Shown piece by piece: positions 1 through 9,193 of a stretch of DNA of 55,203 nucleotides (the stretch's first letter is position 1; each line of letters opens with the position of its first letter). The position numbers and the translations under genes are program-made. Under the pieces are notes generated by a model that saw only the letters and a program-made list of their open reading frames with translations, was not told the origin of the DNA and did not search any database. The DNA is taken from contig CAJOQX010000150.1 in the NCBI GenBank assembly GCA_905236865.1, positions 1 through 55,203 on the forward strand, written 5' to 3'. The stretch comes from Candidatus Rifleibacteriota bacterium. Its GTDB lineage: Bacteria > Muiribacteriota > Ozemobacteria > Ozemobacterales > Ozemobacteraceae.

Positions 1-186
1 ATTCAATAGGTGAAAAATTATTTATCAGGGCTCGGTGTGTAGAGAAGAGCTCACAGAGTTATGTTAGAGACATTCACGCCAATCTACGTTTAATGTTTTG
101 TTCATAATTTTTTAATAATAGTTTTAAATTTATTATTTTAGTTAGCCGATTAGTAAGTGAAGAGTATATGCTTTAGGAGGTTAACT

Positions 187-2772
187 ATGAAACGTTGGAC
201 TAGAATGGCTATTCTTTGTGCATTAATAGCCACACTTTACAACAGTTCGCCAGTAAATGCAGCAATAAGTAACGGTAATTATATTACAGAAACAACAGCA
301 ATTAACGTAATCAATCATTTTCCAGAAAATATGGCTGTTAATATTTCGCCAGATACACCCTTAACTGTTGAATTTGGTGGAGCTTTAAATCAATCATTTT
401 ATCAAAATGTAAGTTTTAATCTATTTAATGGAACAGAACCTATTAATGGAGAATTATTTTATAATCCTGCTGCCCATCAAGTAATGTTTAAGGCGAATCA
501 GCCATTAGCACAAGGCGAAACCTATACTGCTCAAGTTTCTTTTTATGATGGTCTAGGACGAACTTCAGAAAAAGTATGGAGTTTTCAGACTGCTGGAAGA
601 GGAGAAGCTTCTGCAAATACTACAAATCTTTCTAACGCTAATACTTCTTCAAACACCAACCAATTGGCAAATCAGAAAAATCTAGTATTAACTAATGCTA
701 GTATGGGTGTAGGAACAATACGTTCTGATGCTCCAATGGAAGTAAGTTTTTCTGAAGCACTAGATGTGGCATCTTTGAAGTCAGCTCCAATACAACTTTA
801 TGAAAACAATAGACCTGTCGGAATAGATTACAGGCTATCAAAAGATTTAAAAACAGTTACGGTAAGCCCTCGCAATGCAATGAAAGCCAATGCTTCTTAT
901 GCTATAACAATTGAAAAATCTATTGCTTCTACATCAGGAAAAAAACTAGCAAAGAAAACTCTAATTCCATTTAAAGTGTCTGACAATAATGAAGCTGGTA
1001 TTAGCCAATATGAATTAGAAGAAAGACCTGCTAATAATGTTGCTGTAGCAAATAATCAAATGCAAATGAATCAGCAACAGAACTATTATCAGCCAGTTCA
1101 ACAGAGTGTCAATCAAAATTATGTTCCAATGCAACAGAATTATCAAAATGTTCAGCAGAGAAATGTGCAAAATCAACAATACGCTATGCAGTCTAGTGGA
1201 ATGAATTATAACCAACCAACTCAGACAATGCAAAGTAATATTGAAAATCCTTTTGCAAATCAATCAAACGCTATGTTTACTCCAAATATGAGCAATTATG
1301 CTTCAAATCAGCTTCAAGTTGCTAGGGCACAGGCTGAGTTACAACAAAATAGAGCTCCAGTTGCAGAACAAGTTCAGTTGACAGGTTTAGCCCCACAAAA
1401 TGGAGCAAAAATCTCTAATCTTACACAGCCTGTAACTATTGCTTTTAGTGATGAAATTAAAGCTGAAACTTTGAACGAATTTACATTTAGATTGGAAGAT
1501 GATTTTGGTCCTGTTCCTGCAAAAATACATTATTTTAAAGGGCACAAACAAGCGACTCTAACACCAATAGGTTTACTTGATGCAGAAAAGAATTATAGAG
1601 TTATTGTTACACAAGGAATAACAGACTTATATGGCAGACCAATAAAGAGTGGTATAAATTCAATGTTTGCTACTATTACTTCAGCAGCTACCCCTGCAAT
1701 GCCATCTATGCCGAATACTCCAACTCAAAATTATACTGCAAAAGCTTCACCTTTGCGTGATGCACAAGAGTTAGAAAGTTTTGACAATAACAATAAAATA
1801 GCTAATTCCAATAACTTAGTCGCAGAAAATTATAATCAAAATAATGCTTATAATCAGATTCAAAGCAATTCTTATGCTAATTCAGAAAATAGTAACAAAC
1901 TATATTATGGTGCAGATAAGACTGTTAGAACTTCTGTAAAAGATGAAGTTAAGTCTCTTAGCTCTTTTAAAGTATCTTCAATATATCCAGGATTAAATTC
2001 AGATAATATATCAAGAAAATCAAAGATTGCAGTACATTTTTCTGAACCTTGCGACCCAAAAACAGTAAACAATATAAATATTTCAGTTTTTGCTAACCAA
2101 ACAAGAGTTGATGGAAAAGTTACTTATGATAGAAGAAATAATCGAGCTATTTTTGAGCCAACTAGACCTCTTGAAGCTAGAACTGAACATAAAGTAATAG
2201 TTAGTGACAAGATTTTAAGTAAATCTGGTGAATCTCTTGCTCAAAGATTTTCTTGGACTTTCTCTACTACCGCAGATACAAGAAATCAGTATGTTCCAAC
2301 TGTAGCAAAAACCGCTGAAGCAGATGCTGCTTTCTATATACCTCTTGTAGATAGTAAAGTAAAAATGACTCCAAGTCAAAGTGCTGCTTTGAATCAAAAA
2401 GCAAGTAATTCAAATACTTCTACTACTTCTTTTTCTTATGTTCCATCAAAGCATTGGTCTTTCAAATCAATGAAACATATAACTAACAAAGGAATTCTAA
2501 GTAGTTATCCATTCACTTTCACAGATAGTGTGACAAGATATGAATTTGCTAGTGCCATTAATAATGCTTTAAACAATCTCAAGCAAATGCAGAATACAAA
2601 TTCTACAAAGCTTCGTGTTGCTGATATGATTGAATTAGAACAGCTTATTATTGAATACAAGAACGAATTGAAATCTTACGGTGTTAATACTCAATGGTTT
2701 GAATCATTTTTACAGAATCAAGGTGTCAATTTAAACGAAGTTGAAACAAAGGTTCGTAAACTTAATAGCTAA
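187..2772 (+). CDS. Secreted envelope protein with four Big_5/SbsA-type Ig-like domains, Q/N-rich linkers, and a single C-terminal SLH domain followed by a coiled coil
   Basis: The ORF track gives 157..2772 from a GTG. I prefer the ATG at 187: it sits 7 nt after AGGAGG (175-180) and yields the signal peptide MKRWTRMAILCALIATLYNSSPVNA. Four repeats fit the Big_5 pattern, e.g. FPENMAVNISPDTPLTVEF...YTAQV and YPGLNSDNISRKSKIAVHFSEPCDPKTV...HKVIV. The SLH match FSYVPSKHWSFKSMKHITNKGILSSYPFTFTDSVTRYEFASAINNAL lies at nt 2431-2580, followed by a heptad-like tail. Confidence 0.8.
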   Translation: MKRWTRMAILCALIATLYNSSPVNAAISNGNYITETTAINVINHFPENMAVNISPDTPLTVEFGGALNQSFYQNVSFNLFNGTEPINGELFYNPAAHQVMFKANQPLAQGETYTAQVSFYDGLGRTSEKVWSFQTAGRGEASANTTNLSNANTSSNTNQLANQKNLVLTNASMGVGTIRSDAPMEVSFSEALDVASLKSAPIQLYENNRPVGIDYRLSKDLKTVTVSPRNAMKANASYAITIEKSIASTSGKKLAKKTLIPFKVSDNNEAGISQYELEERPANNVAVANNQMQMNQQQNYYQPVQQSVNQNYVPMQQNYQNVQQRNVQNQQYAMQSSGMNYNQPTQTMQSNIENPFANQSNAMFTPNMSNYASNQLQVARAQAELQQNRAPVAEQVQLTGLAPQNGAKISNLTQPVTIAFSDEIKAETLNEFTFRLEDDFGPVPAKIHYFKGHKQATLTPIGLLDAEKNYRVIVTQGITDLYGRPIKSGINSMFATITSAATPAMPSMPNTPTQNYTAKASPLRDAQELESFDNNNKIANSNNLVAENYNQNNAYNQIQSNSYANSENSNKLYYGADKTVRTSVKDEVKSLSSFKVSSIYPGLNSDNISRKSKIAVHFSEPCDPKTVNNINISVFANQTRVDGKVTYDRRNNRAIFEPTRPLEARTEHKVIVSDKILSKSGESLAQRFSWTFSTTADTRNQYVPTVAKTAEADAAFYIPLVDSKVKMTPSQSAALNQKASNSNTSTTSFSYVPSKHWSFKSMKHITNKGILSSYPFTFTDSVTRYEFASAINNALNNLKQMQNTNSTKLRVADMIELEQLIIEYKNELKSYGVNTQWFESFLQNQGVNLNEVETKVRKLNS

Positions 2773-2783
2773 TTGAAGTTTAT

Positions 2784-4406
2784 TTAACGCATTAGAAGTA
2801 AATCAATCGGATCTGCATTGATAATATTGTAGATCCGATTTTCATTAATTATTAATTTAATATTGAATTTTTCGTCTACTAACTCACCAGTAGTTTCATA
2901 CTTGTTTCCATTTTCAAAAGATAAAAGACCATTTAGTTTGACAGAATCATTAAAATTACCATTAATAGAGTATTTATATAAAGAAGAGCTATTTTTTTTA
3001 TTCTCAGTTTCGTAAAATCTTTTTGAAAAGTGCCTAAAAAACTCTGGCAATCCTGTTTCGGTATTCGCTAAAAAATCAGCTTTTATCATACTGTTATTTG
3101 TTTCATTTATATCATATATAATATTGCCTTTTATCTTTGTAGCGTTTTTCCCTTTTGAATGTAGTGAAAGATCATCTAAATTGATTTCTGTACTAAAAAT
3201 AGGTTTGTTACCAGATAAAGAAGCTGAAAGAGTAGCGATGCCGTCTAATTCTGGAATTCCTTTAGAATATTTAAGCATCCAAGGTAATGAAGAAGTTAAT
3301 TCGTATAATGGTATAGAATTAGAAATAAAAGAAATATTATATTTGCTGTTTGAAGGACTGTTTAGTGAATCTATTTTTCCATCTAATTTTGCAGGAAAGC
3401 CGAATAATTTACTTCCTGTATCTGTTAAATTAAGATTTCCATCAAAGTATTTCCAATCACCGTTTAATTCAAGAAAACAGAGGAATAATCCCATAAAAGA
3501 TATTTCTATTTTTTCATATTTTCCATTTAAATTACCTAAAAATCCTATATCTTGGTTATAGAACCAAGAGCCATTGCAATGAATTTTTCCATTTATAGAA
3601 TAAGGATATTCTAATTGCCATAAATAGCCAAGCCACTGTGATAGTGGCATAAAATCAATTTGTGTATCAGATGCTATATAACCACTAATTTCTATTCCTT
3701 TTTTCCCAAAACCTAATGATAGTTCAGAAGAAACAAATTGTTTTGCCAAATCAATATCTATACGACCATTGATTTTGTCCTTTCTAGGTTCTAAAATGCC
3801 TTTAAAAGATGATTTTGCTAGAAGTTTGTCTTTCCACTTAGCTGAAAAAGTAGTAACTACATCGAGATTAGCTTTATCTGTGCTTTTAAAGTTTATTGAG
3901 TCAGAATGAATTTCAAGATTTTTATCATCGAAAGGAATAATTCTTATGTTATTAACATCAATTCTATTTATTTTAATATTACTTGGTAAAGCAGCGAAAC
4001 ATTCATAGCCTATGAAAGGAGGGATAGAAGCGATATTTGGTGAAATCTTCAAGCTTCCATAATAATCAAGGCTTTCTATATTTGAGGTTAGTTCGATTAA
4101 TCCTTTATTTAGAAGCTGTTCATATAAAAGGTCTAAGGAAAAATTATTGATTATAACATCTAAATTAGGCTTTCTATGTTTAATATTGATTCTGTTGATT
4201 TTAATCCCTTGAAGAAGATTTCCTCTTAAATTATCTAATTTAATACTTAGGTTTTCAGCGTAAAAATATTTTTTTATTGCTGTTTCAATAGCGAATTTTG
4301 TAAGCTCTTCAGAAGATATTAAGAAATAGATTCCAAAAGCTAATAATACAAAAATTATTATAACTATAAGAATCAAACGACTTGAAATCTTTGGTTTTGC
4401 TTCCAT
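2784..4406 (-). CDS. Membrane-anchored AsmA/TamB-like protein (hypothetical)
   Basis: 540-aa ORF with one N-terminal TM helix (LILIVIIIFVLLAFGIYFLI). The remainder is a long beta-rich region of repetitive 'L.I..I.I' segments, as in AsmA/TamB N-termini. There is no catalytic motif. The family call is weak. Confidence 0.55.
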   Translation of the reverse strand: MEAKPKISSRLILIVIIIFVLLAFGIYFLISSEELTKFAIETAIKKYFYAENLSIKLDNLRGNLLQGIKINRINIKHRKPNLDVIINNFSLDLLYEQLLNKGLIELTSNIESLDYYGSLKISPNIASIPPFIGYECFAALPSNIKINRIDVNNIRIIPFDDKNLEIHSDSINFKSTDKANLDVVTTFSAKWKDKLLAKSSFKGILEPRKDKINGRIDIDLAKQFVSSELSLGFGKKGIEISGYIASDTQIDFMPLSQWLGYLWQLEYPYSINGKIHCNGSWFYNQDIGFLGNLNGKYEKIEISFMGLFLCFLELNGDWKYFDGNLNLTDTGSKLFGFPAKLDGKIDSLNSPSNSKYNISFISNSIPLYELTSSLPWMLKYSKGIPELDGIATLSASLSGNKPIFSTEINLDDLSLHSKGKNATKIKGNIIYDINETNNSMIKADFLANTETGLPEFFRHFSKRFYETENKKNSSSLYKYSINGNFNDSVKLNGLLSFENGNKYETTGELVDEKFNIKLIINENRIYNIINADPIDLLLMR

Positions 4407-4486
4407 TTTAAGCTACTTTCTTTTTTTGGTTTTTTTCTGTATGTTATTAGCTTATTACAAGAGCAAAAAGAGTTCAAGAGGGAAGT

Positions 4487-4921
4487 TTATATATTATCAG
4501 AAATAAATGAAACATCAAAAGATATTGAATAACAAGCGTTGCATCCTTTTTTAGAGGAAAAAGACATACCATCTACTAGTTCTTCAATATTTTTAAGTAT
4601 GCTAATCACTTCTTTGTTGTTTGACTCTATATTCTTATATTTATCTGCACTGTTTAGTATATAATCTTCTATAGAAATCATAAGCTTATTTTTATAAATA
4701 TGAAACTGTAAATCAAATACCCCTTTTTCATTTTTATAAAAATTTTCGACGGAAATAATTAGAGCCGTTTCTAATGCTTTCTTTATCCTATCACGTGAAG
4801 ACTCAGTAAAACTAAAATGATCACATATACCATCTAACGTAAGTAAAACATTTTTTGTAAAAATCTTGTTAGCAGGTATTCTTATATGGAAAGACAAATC
4901 ATTTTGTCGATTATTAGACAT
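4487..4921 (-). CDS. RsbW/SpoIIAB-like (HATPase_c_2-like) small protein with degenerate ATP-binding boxes
   Basis: 144-aa ORF placed 10 nt downstream of ptsN. Its N-terminal half follows the anti-sigma kinase pattern (FHIRIPANKIF...LTLDGICDHFSFTESSRDRIKKALETALIISVENFY...FDLQFHIYKNKLMISIEDY). The G1/G2 glycine boxes are not recognisable. Confidence 0.45.
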   Translation of the reverse strand: MSNNRQNDLSFHIRIPANKIFTKNVLLTLDGICDHFSFTESSRDRIKKALETALIISVENFYKNEKGVFDLQFHIYKNKLMISIEDYILNSADKYKNIESNNKEVISILKNIEELVDGMSFSSKKGCNACYSISFDVSFISDNI

Positions 4922-4931
4922 TTTAAATAGC

Positions 4932-5381
4932 TTATTCTTTTGAAGCGATAATTTTTATAACTTCTTCTTTTGTCGTCGCTTTTTTTAAATCATCTATAAG
5001 GTCTTGATAACGTAGAAGTCTTGATATTCTTGCTAGAAGTTTAAGATATAGACTTCCTGATTCAACAGGGGCAGCAAGTAAAAAAATTAGATTTACAGGA
5101 TCACCATCCACAGAATTAAAATCTATTCCATGTGAAGAACGAGCAAAAGCTATTGAAACTTCATTAACTGTATTTGCACGAGCGTGAGGAATTGCTATAC
5201 CAGCACCTATAGCGGTACTTCCAAGTTTTTCTCTTTCTAATACCGCACTAACAAAATTATTTAAATCGCTGACCTTGCCAGAACTAGAGAGCATTCCAGA
5301 AAGTTTGTTTATTGCTGTGGCTTTATCAGGAACATCAAGTTGTAAATCGATGAAATTATCCTGAAGTAATTCTGAAATCAT
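4932..5381 (-). CDS. ptsN: PTS EIIA-Ntr type nitrogen regulatory protein
   Basis: 149 aa. It has the PTS_EIIA_2 signature with the phosphorylatable His (LGSTAIGAGIAIPHARANTV) and the typical C-terminal LLARISRLL segment. Confidence 0.85.
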   Translation of the reverse strand: MISELLQDNFIDLQLDVPDKATAINKLSGMLSSSGKVSDLNNFVSAVLEREKLGSTAIGAGIAIPHARANTVNEVSIAFARSSHGIDFNSVDGDPVNLIFLLAAPVESGSLYLKLLARISRLLRYQDLIDDLKKATTKEEVIKIIASKE

Positions 5382-5580
5382 TTTTTTCTCCTACTAAAGA
5401 ATTATTTGAATTTTGTTCGCAAGAAATATGCCACAATTAAATATAGTACATTCAATTAAATAGTCAAGATTTAATAAAATTAACTTTACAAAAATATTAT
5501 GTTTTGTGATTAAAAAAATGTACATAGTGCAAAAATAGCACTTTTGATACTGTGCATAAATTACACATTACTTTTTGGTT

Positions 5581-5625
5581 TTTCTCTCCCTCCTCTCTCA
5601 ACTCTCAACTCTCAATTCTCTCCTT
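5581..5625. repeat. Polypyrimidine tract containing 3 perfect CTCTCAA heptamers (5595-5615)
   Basis: Read directly: tttctctccctcctctctcaactctcaactctcaattctctcc. Its reverse complement (GAGAG-type heptamers) resembles the array at 30051-30150. Confidence 0.85.
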
Positions 5626-5687
5626 ATAATAATTCCGTCATTGCTGTAGAAGTTAATCAATTAGTTACATTTTAGATAAAATAAACC

Positions 5688-5898
5688 ATAAATTGCTCCC
5701 CTTTTTAAGGGGAGAAGTCAGCGTTAGCTGACAGAGGGGTTTTTAATTAATTACTCATTGCTAATTATTAAAAATCCCCCTGTCATTCTTACGAATGACC
5801 TCCCCCTTTACGAAAGGGGGCAAGGACATTACTCCATACATTATTTTTTATTAAATTTTCTAGTTTTAGCACAGCCTCTGCGAGCAGTCGTAGACTGC
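5688..5898. repeat. Cluster of six short GC-rich hairpins / palindromic repeat elements in the 605-nt ykgJ-ptsN intergenic region
   Basis: Stems read directly. H1: 5696-5703/5707-5714 (ctcccctt/aaggggag). H2: 5717-5722/5727-5732 (gtcagc/gctgac). H3: 5736-5752/5763-5779 (imperfect 17 bp). H4: 5782-5788/5793-5799 (gtcattc/gaatgac). H5: 5802-5809/5813-5820 (cccccttt/aaaggggg). H6: 5884-5889/5893-5898 (gcagtc/gactgc). Confidence 0.85.
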
Positions 5899-5986
5899 GT
5901 GGCAATCTAGAGGTTAGTCGTAAAAACTTTATCAAACAATATGAAGTTTCTCCTAGCAAAAACTTTCGCTATTCATCTCTCATCTC

Positions 5987-6556
5987 TCACCTATATGCTG
6001 TATGCATAAATATAATCTCGCAAGCTGATTTTATTGCTTGATTTATGGGGAGAAGCTCTTCACCTAACTTTAAATCTATCATTGCTAGTTTTCTATAAAA
6101 ATCAGATATAACTGGAGTTTTCCCACCTTTTTCTATTTTTTCACAAATAGTAGAAATTTCATTAGGTTTTGCTACTTTTAAACTATGGCAAACAGCAAAA
6201 ACAGGTTTTCCATATTTGTTTTCAACAGAAGCAAAACCAAAAAGACGACAAATCAAGCCTCGACTAGGATAAACAGAACAGCCCCATTTGCCTTTTTCCA
6301 AAATAGAGAAAATACATTGGGGTTCATTGTAATTAGAGATTTTGTTATGAATTTCTTCTAATTGTCCAGTTTTATAGAAATGCCATGCCAAAGGTAAAAA
6401 TTCCAAAGTGGTTGCATTTATATCTTCATATCTACAGCATTTAGAACAAAATTCTAAACAATCTATTTTGTATCTATTTTTAAAAGCTTTTGTTTCATTG
6501 TCGGCTTCAGTCTGTAATGATTCTATTTTTTGTATTTTTTGATATATGGTTAGCAT
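5987..6556 (-). CDS. YkgJ-family cysteine-cluster (CxxCxxCC) protein
   Basis: 189 aa with the cluster CLEFCSKCCRY near the N-terminus and further Cys residues (CIF, CSVY, CRLFGF, CHS), as in the UPF0153/YkgJ zinc/iron-chelating family. Confidence 0.55.
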   Translation of the reverse strand: MLTIYQKIQKIESLQTEADNETKAFKNRYKIDCLEFCSKCCRYEDINATTLEFLPLAWHFYKTGQLEEIHNKISNYNEPQCIFSILEKGKWGCSVYPSRGLICRLFGFASVENKYGKPVFAVCHSLKVAKPNEISTICEKIEKGGKTPVISDFYRKLAMIDLKLGEELLPINQAIKSACEIIFMHTAYR

Positions 6557-6651
6557 ATTGATACTGTTTAAACTTTGTTTTTTATAATATACTTCGTAAA
6601 AAAATGTGTCAAATAAATATTTGTTTGCCTTGATTAATAAAATAACAATAT

Positions 6652-6679
6652 TTGACTTTTATTATAGTTATGATAGAAT
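6652..6679 (+). promoter_or_regulatory. Putative sigma70 promoter for the TolC-fusion/comB unit
   Basis: TTGACT (6652-6657), 16-nt spacer, TAGAAT (6674-6679), about 30 nt upstream of the ATG at 6710. Confidence 0.4.
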
Positions 6680-6709
6680 CACTGCAAAATAATATTTTAG
6701 GTAAATAAA

Positions 6710-9193
6710 ATGAAATTATCTCGTAGTTTTAGATTAACAGCTATATTCTTTATGGTTTTGGGAATTAGCCATTCTGCTTACAGTAAAAACCTTAATGTTG
6801 GTATTGTTTTTGATGGTCCGTCAGAACACACTCTATCTTTGGTTCAGAGTATAGAAGACGAACTTCCAAATACATTGATAAAAGAAGATAAAATTATCTT
6901 CCCTAAAGAAAATAGGGTTGCAGGGAAATTTGATACAAACAAAATAAAAACTGGAATAAATCAACTTATGAACAATAAAAATGTTGATGCTATTCTTGCT
7001 ATAGGTCCAGTTGCTTCACATTTGATATCTACATTAGATTCGTATTCTAAACCAGTTATTGCTGCTCACATTTATAATGCTACAATGCAAAAGCTAAAAC
7101 ATAAAAATGGCACTAGTGGTTACAATAACCTTTCTTATATAGATTTAGGTCTTGATATAGGACAGCATATTGAAAAATATCAAGAAATAAAAACTTTTAA
7201 AAAGTTACATTTATTGATGAGTCCATATATGCTTAAAGGTATACCGCAACTTGCTGATAACCTTAAAAAACAGACTCAAAAGACAGATGTTGTTCTAGAA
7301 ATATTACCTTCAAATGTTAAAGCTAGTGAAATAGCTGATAAATTAAAAGGTGCTGAAGCTGTATATGTTGCTCCACTACCAGATTTGCCAGATGAACATC
7401 AATGTATGTTGGTTGCTAGAATTAATGAATTAAAAATTCCTACAATGGCAATGTTAGGTAAAGACCTACTTAAATGTGGGGTTTTATGCACTATCGCTAA
7501 TGATGTAGACACGCAGAAACTTTCAAGGCGTATTGCTAATAATCTTTCAAGAATTCTCTACGGTGAAAATCCATCGACTTTTCAAACCGCATTTACGCCA
7601 AATCATAGACTTGCTATAAATATGGAAACCTGTCGCAAAATAGGGGTTTATCCTAATTTTAGTGCTATGACAACTGCAGACATAGTAAACGAAGAAGAAC
7701 AGGTCGCAAGAAAGATTTCGATCACTCAGGCAATAGAAACTGCTCTTGTTAAGAATCTTTCAAAAATAGCCAAAAGATTAGAAATAGAAGCCAATATTCA
7801 TGCTATAGATAAAGCTAGAGCAGCACTAATTCCTAGAGGCAACATCTATTTCAGACAGGTTGAAATAGATGACGACAGAGCACGATCAATATTTACACCC
7901 TCTGAACACGCAACTCATTTGGGAACCAATCTTAGATATTTGATTGTTAGCGAAGATGCAAAAGCGAATATAGATGTTCAAAAATTCTTTTTGGCAGCTA
8001 AAAAAGATGAAGAACGTGGTTTAATGCTTGATATTATTCAAAAAGCCGCGGTTTCTTATTTAAATGTTTTAAAAGCTAAAACATTGAAAAATATTCAAGA
8101 AGATAACTTAGCTGTTACTAGAGCCAATCTTGAACTAGCGAGACAACGTGAAAATGTTGGAACTGCTGCTCCAGCAGAAGTTTATCGTTGGGAAATTCAG
8201 ATGGCAACTGCAAGACAATCTGTTATTGAGGCAGATGCAACAAAGAGAAAATCAGAACTAGCTTTGAATGAAGCACTGTCTAACAGACAGGACGAACCTT
8301 TTAATACATTGGAGGAAGATATTTTCTCTAATATTTTCTTCTTCGATTACGACAGAATAGCTCCATATATAGATAATATCCAGAGTTTTGATTGTTTTAG
8401 CAATTTCTTAGTTGAAGATTCTTTTGCTTTTTCGCCAGAAATCAGTGCTGTTAATAAAAACTTAGAAGCAACAGCAAGAATGAGAAGAGCTCATAGAAGA
8501 AGAAGACAATTTAGACCAACTTTAGATTTATCTGCAAACATAGACAGGACTTTTGAGAAGGCTGGTGAAGGCAAACGCAAACCTACTATTAACGATGTAA
8601 ATTTGCCTCTTTCACAGTTACATCCAAATGTTCCAGGAATCAGAGATGTAAATTTGCCTTTAAGTTCAATGTTCAAATTTCCAGATGATAACGATTGGTC
8701 TGTTGCTTTGAGTCTTACTTTCCCATTATTTGATGGAGCTCTTACTGGAGCAGCTTTAAGAGAGGCTGATAAGATGCTAGATTCTTTGAGAACTAGACGG
8801 GACGATTTGATGCAAAAACATGAGTTGCAAACAAGAGTAGCTTTAGAAAATGCAAAGACTTCTTTCATTTCAATAAAGATGTCGAAACAAAGAGTTGAGT
8901 TTGCCGCTAAAGCTCTTGAAGCAGTAAGAAATGCTTATTCAAGAGGAGCTATTAATATATTAGACCTTATAGATGCTCAAAATGCCTATAGAATAGCTAA
9001 AGAAGCTAATGCTAATGCAGTATTCACTTTTTTGAGCGACTTTATACAGGTTTGCCGTTCAGTTGGAACATTTGATTTCATTTTGAATCAGAGAACTAAT
9101 AATGAATATTATGGTCGTATAGAAAACTATTTTAAAGCTCATAATGTGTCTCCAGCTTATCGTTCTTTTAAAGGAGAAACAAATGCTGATTGA
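6710..9193 (+). CDS. Outer-membrane efflux (TolC/OEP) family protein with an N-terminal periplasmic-binding-like domain of about 330 aa
   Basis: Signal peptide MKLSRSFRLTAIFFMVLGISHSAYS. The N-terminal third resembles the ABC_sub_bind (PF04392-like) fold, ending in SRILYGENPSTFQTAFTPNHRLAINMETCRKIGVYPNFS. The C-terminal part shows two OEP repeats (LELARQRENVGTAAPAEVYRWEIQMATARQSVIEADA...; AVRNAYSRGAINILDLIDAQNAYRIAKEANANA). Confidence 0.75.
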   Translation: MKLSRSFRLTAIFFMVLGISHSAYSKNLNVGIVFDGPSEHTLSLVQSIEDELPNTLIKEDKIIFPKENRVAGKFDTNKIKTGINQLMNNKNVDAILAIGPVASHLISTLDSYSKPVIAAHIYNATMQKLKHKNGTSGYNNLSYIDLGLDIGQHIEKYQEIKTFKKLHLLMSPYMLKGIPQLADNLKKQTQKTDVVLEILPSNVKASEIADKLKGAEAVYVAPLPDLPDEHQCMLVARINELKIPTMAMLGKDLLKCGVLCTIANDVDTQKLSRRIANNLSRILYGENPSTFQTAFTPNHRLAINMETCRKIGVYPNFSAMTTADIVNEEEQVARKISITQAIETALVKNLSKIAKRLEIEANIHAIDKARAALIPRGNIYFRQVEIDDDRARSIFTPSEHATHLGTNLRYLIVSEDAKANIDVQKFFLAAKKDEERGLMLDIIQKAAVSYLNVLKAKTLKNIQEDNLAVTRANLELARQRENVGTAAPAEVYRWEIQMATARQSVIEADATKRKSELALNEALSNRQDEPFNTLEEDIFSNIFFFDYDRIAPYIDNIQSFDCFSNFLVEDSFAFSPEISAVNKNLEATARMRRAHRRRRQFRPTLDLSANIDRTFEKAGEGKRKPTINDVNLPLSQLHPNVPGIRDVNLPLSSMFKFPDDNDWSVALSLTFPLFDGALTGAALREADKMLDSLRTRRDDLMQKHELQTRVALENAKTSFISIKMSKQRVEFAAKALEAVRNAYSRGAINILDLIDAQNAYRIAKEANANAVFTFLSDFIQVCRSVGTFDFILNQRTNNEYYGRIENYFKAHNVSPAYRSFKGETNAD

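Noticed and set aside
1-156. GC-richer segment at the window start (cagggctcggtgtgtagagaagagctcacagag) as the 3' end of an RNA gene
   Set aside because: It is truncated by the window edge, and I could not fold any recognisable tRNA, tmRNA or RNase P element from it. It is left unannotated.
157-186. Upstream alternative starts offered by the ORF track (GTG 157, ATG 9144, TTG 29162, TTG 30273)
   Set aside because: In each case a downstream ATG has a proper Shine-Dalgarno sequence or promoter context and gives the expected family N-terminus. These are a signal peptide at 187, MLIDVAF for ComB at 9183, the P-loop spacing for RapZ at 29183, and the ATG after GGAGG at 30288.
5382-5690. Possible small ncRNA or small ORF in the first half of the 605-nt ykgJ-ptsN spacer
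   Set aside because: I found only weak hairpins (e.g. gtgc...gcac around 5527-5541) and no promoter/terminator pair or conserved motif I could recognise. This cannot be supported from sequence alone.
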